From an uncultured Spirochaetota bacterium (lineage in GTDB: Bacteria > Spirochaetota > Spirochaetia > SZUA-6 > CAVTHK01): 64,000 nt of DNA. The stretch is from the NCBI GenBank assembly GCA_963734495.1, contig CAVTHK010000007.1, positions 288,001 through 352,000 on the forward strand, read 5' to 3'. Within the stretch, counting starts at the first letter, position 1; every line of letters starts with the position of its first letter. Of the stretch, positions 51,944 through 61,418 are shown in pieces. The translations under genes and the position numbers were made by a program. Under the pieces are notes generated by a model. The model worked only from the letters and a program-made list of their open reading frames with translations, was not told the origin of the DNA and made no database searches.

Positions 51944-54784
51944 TCAATCGAACTCCCGCGGCCCCTTCCACATCAGCCCCTCCCCCTCGACCCGCCGGGG
52001 CCGGATCCGCGGCGCAATCGCCGCGGCGGCGAGAAAGGCCACCTCGAGCGCGCAGGCGACGGCGACCGCGGCGCCGCCGCCCGGGAGAAAGCCGTACGAG
52101 TGGAGACCGACGCGCATCAGGTTGACGCCGATCCACGAGAACATCACCGCGAGGGAGAGGGCTGCGGCGGCCCCCGCCGTGACGGCCGGGCGGAACAGCC
52201 GCGCGCGGGACGAGTGCAGGATCGCGGCGATCCAGAGGATCACGATCAAGGCGCCGTTTTCTTTGGGGTCCCAGTCCCAGAAGCGGCCCCAGGCGATGTC
52301 GGCCCAGGCCGCGCCCGCGAAGGTCCCGGCGACGGTCAGCAGCAGGGCCGGGCCGAGGGCCGCCCGGAGCGCGGCGTGCAGGCGATCCAGCCCCGCGACG
52401 TCGTCGGGGCGCAGCCAGCGGCGGGCGAGCCACGCGTGACCCAGCGCGGCCGCGGCGAGCGACGCCGCGTACCCGAGGCTCATCAGCCCGGCGTGAGCCG
52501 CCAGCCAGAGGTTCGTGTCCAGGGCAGCGGGGAGCACGGCGAACTCGTCGCCGGAGGCGGCGAGCACCCGGCCGACCACGGCCAGCAGCAGGGCCGCACC
52601 GCACCCTACCGCCAGCGCCGCGCGGCGCCGGCGAGCGACGTACGCGGCGAGCCCCGCCAGCGACAGCGCCCACGCGGCGAGCACGAACGTCTGCGCCAGC
52701 GTCGCGGCCGGCACCCTCGCGGTGATGAGGACCTGCAGCACCAGCCCCACGGAGAATGCGAGCAGGCCGAGCGCCAGCGCCGAGAGCGAGATCAGCTTCG
52801 CGCGCCTTTGCCGGTCGCCGGCCGCGAGGAGGAGCAGCCCGAGGCAATGCATGACGATCCCGACCGCGAACGGCCGCAGCCTGTCGTACAGCAGCTCCAG
52901 CCTCACGGCGCGCAGGCGGTCGGCCCCGCCGGCCGCTCGGGTGACCGACGCGTCCAGCTCGGAGAGCGCTCCCCTCATCGCGCGCCAGTCCCCGGCCGCG
53001 TAGGCGTCGGCGGCCCGCCCGAGCGCCGCGGACGCGCCCGAGTCGTCCGCGCCCGACGCGAGCGCCGCCACCGGGTTCGTCCAGCCCGCGGGGAGCGGGA
53101 TGATCGCCGGCACGACGGCACTGTAGTCGTCGGCCCAGCGCGCGAGCGCGTTGCGGAGCCTGCGCGCCGCGGCTGCGTCGACGCGCTCGTCCCACGGGCC
53201 GGCGAGCCGGTCGCTCACAGCCGCGACCTCGCGCAGGGAATGGCGTCCCGGCGAGAGGCCCAGGCGGGCGGAAACCGGGCCCGCGGGCACCGTAAAATCC
53301 GCATGCGGCCGCAGGTAGTCCGCCGACGCCACCAGGCGCGTGAACAGCGCCATGCGGCTCATCAGCGAGAGGATCTCCTCGTCCGCGGGCTGCGGGTCCT
53401 TGCGCGAGGAAAGCCTGCCGGCGAGCTCCTGCAGCCGCGCCTCGGCCGGCTCGAGCTGGTCGAAGCTCACGCGGCCCGCCGACACGCCGTCGAGGCGCAG
53501 CCTGCCGGGCGTCTCGCGCCGGCGCACCGCGAACACAGGGTCGGCCAGGGCCGTGTCGGGGGCAAAGAGCACCCGCGCCATCCAGGAGAGCGCCGACTCC
53601 CCCTTGAGTCCCGCCGAACCGGAAAGCTCGCGCAGGGTGAGCCTCGCGTAGGTTTCCAGGGGCATCAGCCGCCCGTCGGAGAGAACGGCGACGCGCCCGA
53701 GCGCGTCGAGCGGGGGAAGCCCCCTCGCTCCGGCGGGCCCAGGCGCGAGAAGCGAGAGCGCAAGCAGGGCGGCCAGGGGAGTCAGGCGCAGCCCGAGGTG
53801 CAGAGCCAACCCGAGCACGGTGAGGCCGAAGGCCGCATAAAGCGGTACGGGGCTGCGGCTCACGCCGAGGACGAGCACCCGCTTGCCCGCCTCATCGGTC
53901 CGCACTGAGCTCACGTAGACATTCAAGCCGGCCCGGCGCAAAGGCCGGTTCATGCCGAGCAGGGCCTCGGCGGACGACCCCGCGCCCTCGACCATGACCC
54001 TCGCGGCGACCGCCTGCAGCGTCTCGGTCTGCGGGTAGTAGGAGATCTGCAGGTCCTTGAGCGTCATCGCGAACGGCAGCCGCTCCTCGCGCCTGGCGAG
54101 CTTCGCCGTGAGCGAGGGGGCCGCGCCCGTCACGGCGGCCGTCCGCCCCGCCCAGACCACGGTCGGCGCCGTCCGCCCGCCCGAAGACGGCCGGAGGATC
54201 ACACCGGGTCGGTTCTCCGCCGGGTCCGCTTCGGGCCGCAGCGGCGCGAGGCTCGTGAGCGCGTCGCCCGAGGGCCCCACGAGGGGACGGCTGTTTGCCA
54301 GGTGCTGCTCCACGACCACCGAGGGCTCCCCCGGGACGTTCGATCCATCCCGGAGACGCTCGAAGGGCACGGCTATGCCTGCCGGGTCCAGGACCAGGTC
54401 CCAGGCGCCCGGGTCCAGCGAGGTCTCCACCCTCGCGCCCTCGCGCAGCGCGACGAACGAAAGGTCCGACGAAGCGGGCGCGGCGGCGGCCGCGCCGACC
54501 AGCACGACGACCGCGGCCACGAGCCCGGCGTGCACCAGCCCCAAGCCAAGCTGCCGGGGCCGCGGGCGCCGACGACGCAGGAAGGCAAAGAGCAGGTTCA
54601 CCCCGGCCGCAGTCGCGAGGAGCCTGAGCCCGGGCACGGGCAGGGGCCCGACCATCGTCCCCCAGGAGTCGAAGAACCGCCTGTGCACGGCCGCGACCCC
54701 ATGCGCGGGCGCGGCGAGCGTGCCCGTGAACAGGACGAGGATCGCGAGGAGGAGCAGCGCGGTCGTCACCCTGAGCGATCCCAT
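51944..54784 (-). CDS. fused ResB/CcsA (CcsBA) system II cytochrome c biogenesis protein
   Basis: WWD motif WADIAWGRFWDWDPKENGAL, WLAAH, GLHSYG; N-terminal ResB-like LVHAGL and MNRPLR. Confidence 0.87.
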   Translation of the reverse strand: MGSLRVTTALLLLAILVLFTGTLAAPAHGVAAVHRRFFDSWGTMVGPLPVPGLRLLATAAGVNLLFAFLRRRRPRPRQLGLGLVHAGLVAAVVVLVGAAAAAPASSDLSFVALREGARVETSLDPGAWDLVLDPAGIAVPFERLRDGSNVPGEPSVVVEQHLANSRPLVGPSGDALTSLAPLRPEADPAENRPGVILRPSSGGRTAPTVVWAGRTAAVTGAAPSLTAKLARREERLPFAMTLKDLQISYYPQTETLQAVAARVMVEGAGSSAEALLGMNRPLRRAGLNVYVSSVRTDEAGKRVLVLGVSRSPVPLYAAFGLTVLGLALHLGLRLTPLAALLALSLLAPGPAGARGLPPLDALGRVAVLSDGRLMPLETYARLTLRELSGSAGLKGESALSWMARVLFAPDTALADPVFAVRRRETPGRLRLDGVSAGRVSFDQLEPAEARLQELAGRLSSRKDPQPADEEILSLMSRMALFTRLVASADYLRPHADFTVPAGPVSARLGLSPGRHSLREVAAVSDRLAGPWDERVDAAAARRLRNALARWADDYSAVVPAIIPLPAGWTNPVAALASGADDSGASAALGRAADAYAAGDWRAMRGALSELDASVTRAAGGADRLRAVRLELLYDRLRPFAVGIVMHCLGLLLLAAGDRQRRAKLISLSALALGLLAFSVGLVLQVLITARVPAATLAQTFVLAAWALSLAGLAAYVARRRRAALAVGCGAALLLAVVGRVLAASGDEFAVLPAALDTNLWLAAHAGLMSLGYAASLAAAALGHAWLARRWLRPDDVAGLDRLHAALRAALGPALLLTVAGTFAGAAWADIAWGRFWDWDPKENGALIVILWIAAILHSSRARLFRPAVTAGAAAALSLAVMFSWIGVNLMRVGLHSYGFLPGGGAAVAVACALEVAFLAAAAIAPRIRPRRVEGEGLMWKGPREFD

Positions 54785-54825
54785 GGTCCGCACAGGGTGG
54801 CGCAGGAGCAGCCCCAGGACCCCCC

Positions 54826-55779
54826 TCACGGCTCGAATTGCGTCCCGGTCCGGCCGGCGAGGGCGCGGCCGAGGTTTTCCGGGCTCGTGATGAATCCCCG
54901 GCCGCCGCGGTCCTCGAGGAACTCGATCATGGCGCGCACTTTGGGCCCCATGCTCCCCGCCAGGAAGTGCCCCGCAGCGAGGTACCGCCGAGCCTCCGCC
55001 GCGGTCACGCGGTCGAGCGGGCGCTGACGGCTCGTGTTGTACTCGAGGGCGACTTTCTCGACGGCCGTCGAGATCACGAACAGGTCCGCGCCGACCGCGC
55101 GCGCGAGCAGGCTCGACGCGAGGTCCTTGTCGATGACCGCTTCGACGCCTTCCAGGGACCCGTCGGCGCGGCGCACCACCGGGATGCCGCCGCCGCCGCA
55201 CGCGATCACCGTGAAGCCCTGCCTGAGGAGCGCAAGGATGGCGTCCAGCTCGACGATCTCGCGGGGCGCGGGGGACGGGACCACGCGGCGCCAGCCCCGG
55301 CCGGCATCCTCGCGCACGGTCCAACCCTGCTCGGCGGCTATCCGCCTCGCGCGCTCCTCGCTCATGTGCGAGCCGATCGGCTTGCTCGGGTCCGCGAACG
55401 CGGGATCGTCGGCGTCGACGAGGACCTCGGTGACGAGGGTGATCGCGCGGCCGCCGAGGCCGCGCCTCAGGAACTCGTTGTGGAAGGCCTTCTGGAACAT
55501 GTAGCCCGCCGCGCCCTGGACGTCGGCTCCCGCGTAGTCCATCGGGACGGGCGGCACCTCGCCCATGGCGAGCTCCGAGCGCCTCAGCGCGAAGCCCACC
55601 TGCGGCCCGTTGCCGTGGGTGAGGACGACACGCCAGCCTTCGACAATGAGATCGACGACGTGACGGATGGTCTCTCGGGCGGCTTCGTACTGGTCGGGGA
55701 TCGACTGACGCTGAGGGCCCTTGATCAGCGAGTTGCCGCCGACGGCCACGACGGCGATCCTACCCTCCCCGCCAGCCAC
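54826..55779 (-). CDS. arcC: carbamate kinase
   Basis: AVGGNSL, THGNGPQVG, PSKPIG, GWRRVVPSP, GGGGIPV, EAVIDKD, GSMGPKV. Confidence 0.95.
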   Translation of the reverse strand: MAGGEGRIAVVAVGGNSLIKGPQRQSIPDQYEAARETIRHVVDLIVEGWRVVLTHGNGPQVGFALRRSELAMGEVPPVPMDYAGADVQGAAGYMFQKAFHNEFLRRGLGGRAITLVTEVLVDADDPAFADPSKPIGSHMSEERARRIAAEQGWTVREDAGRGWRRVVPSPAPREIVELDAILALLRQGFTVIACGGGGIPVVRRADGSLEGVEAVIDKDLASSLLARAVGADLFVISTAVEKVALEYNTSRQRPLDRVTAAEARRYLAAGHFLAGSMGPKVRAMIEFLEDRGGRGFITSPENLGRALAGRTGTQFEP

Positions 55780-55833
55780 GCGTCGCCTCCCTTCACCAAT
55801 AATAACACCGTGTCGGGGAGGCGGCCTCCCGGC

Positions 55834-56898
55834 TCAATCCCTGACGCGGGCCAGGGCGAGAGCGCGAAGGATCAAGGCGGGCAGCGGCCGTCCGGGATCG
55901 CGGCGGCGGAGGTCGAGGTACAGGCCCAGGCGCTTCGCGATCGGCACCTTGTGTGTCTCGACGAACTCGATGAGCGTGCCGTCGGGATCTTCGATGTAGG
56001 CAAAGTGGCCGGCCGCATCCCCCATCTCGAACGACGAGGAGCTGTCCACGGTGAAGGGGAACCCCGCGGCCGCGCAGCGTTCCCGCAGCTCCGCCATTCC
56101 GCGGATGTCGAAGCAGAGATGGATAAAGCCGAGGTCGCCCCAGTAACGGCCCTCGAAGAGCCGCCGGCCCGGCGCTTCGAGCGGCTGAATGAGCTCGAGA
56201 CGGCTCGAGCCGAACAGGCGGCTGAACGCGCCCCGGCGCGGGGCGGCGTGTCCGAGGAGCACGCGGCGGACCCGCCTGCGCCCGCCGGGGAGGCTCTCCA
56301 GGTCCGCGAACGTACCCTCGCGATCGTAGATCACCGTGTCATAGCCGACGATGTCGCGGTAGACCCGCAGGCTCGATTCCACGCTGCTCACCCCGAGGAC
56401 GCAGCCGCACGGTCCCCCGGTCGGGTGACGGCCTCCCGCGAACCAGTCGCGGCCCTCGACGACCTCGAAGAGCCTGCCCCAGGGGTCGCGCAGGTAGAAG
56501 TGGCGCGAGCCGGCCGGGTCGGGCACGACGTCGGTCAGAAGGTCGGCTCCCCTGCCCGCGAGAAAGGCGCGGGCGGCCGCCACGTCCCTCGCCTTGATGC
56601 GCGCCGCAAGAATGCCCAGGTCGCCGACGCCGGCTTGAGGCGCGAGCGGGCTCGGCTTGCGGCTGGTGTACTGCCAGATCTCGAAGCCGGAGCCGCCCTG
56701 CAGGTTCGCGGCGAGCACCGCGCGCCTCGACTGGACGACTCCGCCGGTGTAGCGGACCATGAACGGGGCTTCGCCGGCGTCATCGAACACCGGGACGTCG
56801 GTGCCGAAGCTGCGGCGGTACCAGCGGAAGGCCTCTTCGAGGTCCGCGACGCCGATGCCGATCTGCTGGATGCCGCTGACGAGGTACCCGGCGGCCAT
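55834..56898 (-). CDS. two-domain VOC (glyoxalase-like) protein
   Basis: IQQIGIGV, FEIWQ, IHLCFD, YIEDPDGTLIEFVE. Confidence 0.87.
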   Translation of the reverse strand: MAAGYLVSGIQQIGIGVADLEEAFRWYRRSFGTDVPVFDDAGEAPFMVRYTGGVVQSRRAVLAANLQGGSGFEIWQYTSRKPSPLAPQAGVGDLGILAARIKARDVAAARAFLAGRGADLLTDVVPDPAGSRHFYLRDPWGRLFEVVEGRDWFAGGRHPTGGPCGCVLGVSSVESSLRVYRDIVGYDTVIYDREGTFADLESLPGGRRRVRRVLLGHAAPRRGAFSRLFGSSRLELIQPLEAPGRRLFEGRYWGDLGFIHLCFDIRGMAELRERCAAAGFPFTVDSSSSFEMGDAAGHFAYIEDPDGTLIEFVETHKVPIAKRLGLYLDLRRRDPGRPLPALILRALALARVRD

Positions 56899-57689
56899 CA
56901 GCGTTTGCGGGGGACCGCGCGGGTGTTGCCGGTCGTGATCCCGCCGTCGACCAGCACCATCTGGCCGTGCACGTAGCGCGACGCGTCGGATGCGAGAAAG
57001 ACCACCGTACCGTCGAGGTCATCCGGCTTGCCGGGCCTGCCGAGCGGGATCTTCTCCACGAGGTACGACACCCACTCCTGGTCTTCGTAGAGGACCTTGT
57101 TCTGCTCCGTGCGGAACCAGCCCGGCGCGAGGCAGTTGACGTTGATCCCGAAGGGCCCCCACTCCGATGCCAGGGCCTTGGTCATCTGCAGCACGCCCCC
57201 GCGGCTCGCGGAATACGGCACGATACCCGCGTAGCCGAAGACGCAGGTGACCGAGCCGATGTTGATGATCTTGCCGTACTTCCTCTCGATCATCCCGGGG
57301 GCGATCGCACGGGCCACGAAGAAGGCGCCCTTGAGGTTGGTGTCGACGACCGCGTCCCAGTCCTCCCAGGTCACGTCCACCGACGCCTTGCGGATGTTGC
57401 ACCCGGCGTTGTTCACGAGGACGTCAACCGCCGGGACGTCGCGCCTCAGCGCGCGGCCGAGCTCCTCGATGCTTTCCTTGACCCTTACGTCCAGCGAGTA
57501 CGCGCGCGCCTGCCGTCCGAGGGCCCTGAGCTCGGCGACGGTGGCGTCGCAGTCCGCGGCGGCGCGCGCAGTCACGACGACGTCGGCGCCGGCGCGCGCC
57601 AGGGCGAGCGCCATGTACCGGCCGAGGCCGCGGCTTCCTCCGGTGACGAGGGCGAGGCGGCCGGAGAGATCGAAGGGGTCAGGGGCCAC
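56898..57689 (-). CDS. SDR oxidoreductase (gluconate 5-dehydrogenase/KduD-like)
   Basis: TGGSRGLG, NNAG, YSASR, NCLAPGWF, FLASDAS.YV.GQ. Confidence 0.87.
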   Translation of the reverse strand: MAPDPFDLSGRLALVTGGSRGLGRYMALALARAGADVVVTARAAADCDATVAELRALGRQARAYSLDVRVKESIEELGRALRRDVPAVDVLVNNAGCNIRKASVDVTWEDWDAVVDTNLKGAFFVARAIAPGMIERKYGKIINIGSVTCVFGYAGIVPYSASRGGVLQMTKALASEWGPFGINVNCLAPGWFRTEQNKVLYEDQEWVSYLVEKIPLGRPGKPDDLDGTVVFLASDASRYVHGQMVLVDGGITTGNTRAVPRKR

Positions 57690-57758
57690 GGGAATCTCCT
57701 TTCGGTGCAGCGGCGGGTACGCCGGGCCACAGCACGGCGGCGGGGCGCGCGCCCGCGA

Positions 57759-58790
57759 TCAGGGCTTGAGGATGACCTTGAAGAGCCGCTCCTTGCCTTC
57801 GTGCAGAAGATGGAACCAGTGCGGCGCCTCCTCGAGCGGAACGACCTTGCTGATGAGGCTCTGTACGTCCAGGCGGCCCGATGCGATCAGGGTGAGGCAG
57901 GCCGGGTACTCGCCCGCGGACGCCACCGTTCCGCGCACGTCGAGCTCCCGCTGCACCACGACCTGGAGCGGGAACTCGCCTTTCGGGGTGAGGTTCCCGA
58001 TCATCACGCACCGGCCCCCCTTGCGGACGCAGCGCACGGCCAGGTCGACGGTCGGCGCGAACCCCACCGCCTCGAGGCTCACGTCCGCGCCTTCGCCCGC
58101 GGTGAGCGCCCGGATCGCTTCGACGGCGTCGGTCTTTTTCGGGTTGATCGCGTGGTCGGCCCCCAGGCGGCGCGCCTCCTCGAGCTTGTAGTCGACGAGG
58201 TCCACCGCGATCACCTGGCCGGCGCCGGCCAGGCGCGCCGCCTGGATCGTCAGCAGGCCGATGATCCCGCAGCCGATGACGACGACGTTGTCGCCGAGGT
58301 GGATGCCCGCGCGCTCGACCGCGTGCACGGCGATCGATACCGGCTCCACCATCGCCGCCTTCTCGAACGCGAGCCCCTCGGGCAGCGGGACCACGATGTG
58401 CTCGGGAACGACGACAAAGTCGGCCATCGCCCCGTCCTGGCGATACTCGTCGCAGGAGACTCCGAGCACCTTGCGGTTCGAGCAGAGGTTGGGCTTGCCC
58501 GTGAGGCAGTAGCGGCAGCGGTTGCAGTAGATCGTCGAGTCGAACGTGATCCGGTCGCCCGGCTTGAAGCGGGTCACCGCGGCGCCGACGGCCTCCACGA
58601 CTCCCGCGGCCTCGTGGCCCATCACGATCGGCGGGATCCGCCGGCCGGTCTGTCCCGTCATGCCGTGGACATCGCTCCCGCAGATGCCGACCGAATCGAC
58701 GCGCACCAGGAGCTCATCGGCCCCGTGCTTCGGGACCGCGCGCTCCTCCATCTGGAACGTGAGGGGTTTCGTGTGGACCAGCGCTTTCAT
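57759..58790 (-). CDS. zinc-dependent polyol/sugar alcohol dehydrogenase (MDR)
   Basis: GICGSD, GHE, CNRCRYC...C structural zinc site, GCGIIG. Confidence 0.9.
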   Translation of the reverse strand: MKALVHTKPLTFQMEERAVPKHGADELLVRVDSVGICGSDVHGMTGQTGRRIPPIVMGHEAAGVVEAVGAAVTRFKPGDRITFDSTIYCNRCRYCLTGKPNLCSNRKVLGVSCDEYRQDGAMADFVVVPEHIVVPLPEGLAFEKAAMVEPVSIAVHAVERAGIHLGDNVVVIGCGIIGLLTIQAARLAGAGQVIAVDLVDYKLEEARRLGADHAINPKKTDAVEAIRALTAGEGADVSLEAVGFAPTVDLAVRCVRKGGRCVMIGNLTPKGEFPLQVVVQRELDVRGTVASAGEYPACLTLIASGRLDVQSLISKVVPLEEAPHWFHLLHEGKERLFKVILKP

Positions 58791-58824
58791 CGCGGGGCAT
58801 TATGAGGCACGCGCCGCCCGCGGG

Positions 58825-60159
58825 TCAATCTTCGAGGATGATGATCTCGACGCGCCGGTTGAGCGCCATGCCCTCGGGCGTGTCGTTGGAGGCAACGGGT
58901 TCGGAGGCCCCGCGCCCTTCGTAGACAAAGCGCCCCGCCTCCAGCCCCGACGCCACGAAGAAGTCGACGACGGCCCTCGCGCGCTCGACCGACAGGGCCT
59001 TCTGACCGGCCTCGGTGCCGGCACGAGCCGTGTGTCCGATGACGCGGAAAGTGCGGCCCTGGATCTTCTTGAGCGCGCGCGCCACCGCCTCAAGGCGCGG
59101 CCTTTCCTCAGGCAGCACGACCGCCTGGTCGGCGACGAAGCGGATGTCGCTGATCTCGAGCTTCACCCCGGCTTCGGTCTCGCTGACCTTGACGCCGGGC
59201 GTGCCGCCCGGTTCGCTCGAAAGGCTGCCGGCCACTTCGCCCGCGCCGCCGCCGGTCTGTCGCTCGCCGCCTCCGGCACCCGGAGACCCGGGACCGGCGC
59301 CGGCGGGCGAGGCTCCGATCCGCGGCGCCGGACGCTCGCGCGCGAGCTCCGGCCCGAGCGCCTTCTTCACGTCCTCGGCGATGAGGCCGCGATCCATGGC
59401 GGCGATGCCTTCGTACCAGGTGAGCATGAAACCCTTGAAGCCCACCGACTTCCCGCCCTCGAGGGCGTACGTCTCGTCCACCATGGTCTCGACAAAGACC
59501 GGCCGGCGGGCGCCTTCATCATAATAAATCTTCGCGGAGTGGCTGCCGCTGATCGACCGTATGCGCGAGTCGCCGAGCGGATCGTCGCCGCCCTTGTAGC
59601 GCAGGGCGTAGCGCGCCGCGACCAGCTGCAGGTTCCGGCCGTTGCGCACGACCGGCCCCTGGTACTCATATCCGGCGTAGATGCGCACCCGCGTGTGCTT
59701 GCCGTCGCGGAACGGCTCCACGACCCGCGCACCGAACGCTTCCCAGCGATCGCGGGGGGCGAGGTCGCGGGTCGGAAAGACCGGGAAGCTGCGCAGGGCG
59801 GGATAGGCCTGGTCCGCGGGCACGTCGTAAGTGCCGTCCGCTCGGATGGAAAACCGCACGGGCACGACGTCGTCGATGCGCTTGGCGACGAGCCTCGAGT
59901 CCCGCCTGGTCTCCTCGAAGACGTAGAACGAGCCCTCGACGTCGGCTCCGCTCTCCGCGCCGCGGACGTCGAGCACGCCACGCACCTCGCGGTACGAGAG
60001 GCCGACGAACTTACCGTCCTCGTAGCGGCGGAGGTCGCTGCGCTCGGTGATCTTGAACTTGTCCCCCGCAGCGTACGCGACCTCGAAACGCACGCCGTCG
60101 GCGGTCATCGGCTGCGCGGCCAGGAGGAGGAAGGCAAGGAGCGCGGCGGCGGACGTCAA
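58825..60159 (-). CDS. OmpA-domain (peptidoglycan-binding) exported protein
   Basis: TTG start overlapping upstream stop; signal-like N-terminus; C-terminal IGHTA...LSVERARAV...NRRVEI. Confidence 0.87.
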   Translation of the reverse strand: MTSAAALLAFLLLAAQPMTADGVRFEVAYAAGDKFKITERSDLRRYEDGKFVGLSYREVRGVLDVRGAESGADVEGSFYVFEETRRDSRLVAKRIDDVVPVRFSIRADGTYDVPADQAYPALRSFPVFPTRDLAPRDRWEAFGARVVEPFRDGKHTRVRIYAGYEYQGPVVRNGRNLQLVAARYALRYKGGDDPLGDSRIRSISGSHSAKIYYDEGARRPVFVETMVDETYALEGGKSVGFKGFMLTWYEGIAAMDRGLIAEDVKKALGPELARERPAPRIGASPAGAGPGSPGAGGGERQTGGGAGEVAGSLSSEPGGTPGVKVSETEAGVKLEISDIRFVADQAVVLPEERPRLEAVARALKKIQGRTFRVIGHTARAGTEAGQKALSVERARAVVDFFVASGLEAGRFVYEGRGASEPVASNDTPEGMALNRRVEIIILED

Positions 60160-61418
60160 CCCGGCGTGATCCCCAGCTTGCGCCCGGCTTCGCCCGCGAT
60201 CTCGAGGATCCGGTCGAGGTCCTGGTCGGTGTGCGTCGCCATGTACGACGTGCGGATCAGGCAGCGGTTCGGCGGCGTGGCGGGAGGCACGACCGGATTG
60301 GTGTACACCCCGCCATCCAGGAACGCGCGCCAGAGCGCAAAGGTCTTGTCCATGGGGCCGACGATCAGGGGGATGATGGGCGTCTCGGCGACGCCGATGT
60401 CGTAGCCGAGATCCTTGAACCCCTTGAGCATCTTGCGGCCGATCGCCTGAAGCCGCTGCACGTGGTGCGGCTCCCGCTCGATGATGTCGAGGCTGGCCAT
60501 CACGGAGGCGATGTTCGCCGGGGGCATGCTTGCGGTAAAGATGAGCGCCCGCGCGAAGTGCTTGATGTAGTCGACGATCATGGCGTCGCCCGCAACGAAC
60601 CCGCCGATGCTGGCGAAGGACTTGGAGAACGTGCACATCAGCAGGTCCGTGAGGCGCTTGTCGCCGTAGTGCTCCGTGGTGCCGCGGCCCGTCTTGCCGA
60701 TCGTGCCGATCGCGTGCGCCTCGTCGAGGTACACGGCGGCGCCGTGCTTTTCCGCCAGCGCCTTGAGCTCCGGCAGCTTGACGATGTCGCCCTCCATGCT
60801 GAAGACGCCGTCGGTCACGATCAGGATGGGCTCCCCCTGCGTGATGCCTTCGAGTTGCTGCTCCAGGTCCTCCATGTTGTTGTGCTTGTAGCGGTGCATC
60901 TTGACGTCCCGGTTCAGCCCCACGCTCAGGAGGATGCCGTCCACGATCGAGGCATGGTTGTACCGGTCGGTCATCACGTGCTCCTGCTTGCCGAGCAGGG
61001 CCTGGATGGAGCCGAGGTTGGTCTGGTAGCCCGTGGTAAAGCAGAGCGCCGCCTCGCGGCCGACGAACGCGGCGAGCCTGGCCTCGAGCTCCTCATGCAG
61101 CGTGAGGGTCCCGTTGATGAACCGCGATCCCGAGCAGCTCGTGCCGTGCTCGGCGATGGCCCGGCGCGCCGCCTCGATCACGCGCGGGTCGTGGGCCAGC
61201 CCGAGGTAGTTGTTCGACCCCGCCATGACCAGATCCCGGCCGCCCATGACCACGTGGCTGCCGTGGTTCTCCTGGATCGGGCGGAAGAACGGGTAGATGC
61301 CGGCTTCGCGCGCGTCGCGCGCGTCGGTGAAGTTGTAGCACTTCGCGAAGACGTAGGGCTGGCCGGCAGGCTTCCTGACGTGAGTCTTCTCGCGCACCGC
61401 TGTCTTCCTGGGCGTCAT
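60156..61418 (-). CDS. spt: serine palmitoyltransferase-like alpha-oxoamine synthase (PLP)
   Basis: GIYPFFR, GSNNYLGL, GSRFINGTL, NHASIVDG, DEAH, PLP lysine motif TFSKSFASIGGF. Confidence 0.75.
   Translation of the reverse strand: MTPRKTAVREKTHVRKPAGQPYVFAKCYNFTDARDAREAGIYPFFRPIQENHGSHVVMGGRDLVMAGSNNYLGLAHDPRVIEAARRAIAEHGTSCSGSRFINGTLTLHEELEARLAAFVGREAALCFTTGYQTNLGSIQALLGKQEHVMTDRYNHASIVDGILLSVGLNRDVKMHRYKHNNMEDLEQQLEGITQGEPILIVTDGVFSMEGDIVKLPELKALAEKHGAAVYLDEAHAIGTIGKTGRGTTEHYGDKRLTDLLMCTFSKSFASIGGFVAGDAMIVDYIKHFARALIFTASMPPANIASVMASLDIIEREPHHVQRLQAIGRKMLKGFKDLGYDIGVAETPIIPLIVGPMDKTFALWRAFLDGGVYTNPVVPPATPPNRCLIRTSYMATHTDQDLDRILEIAGEAGRKLGITPG

Noticed and set aside
57759-61418. kbl-tdh threonine catabolism or bioF as the identity of the PLP enzyme and Zn-dehydrogenase
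   Set aside because: No other bio genes nearby, the dehydrogenase is separated by ompA and appears to have its own promoter, and the PLP gene is coupled to a KDSR-like SDR. Not fully excluded without a phylogeny.
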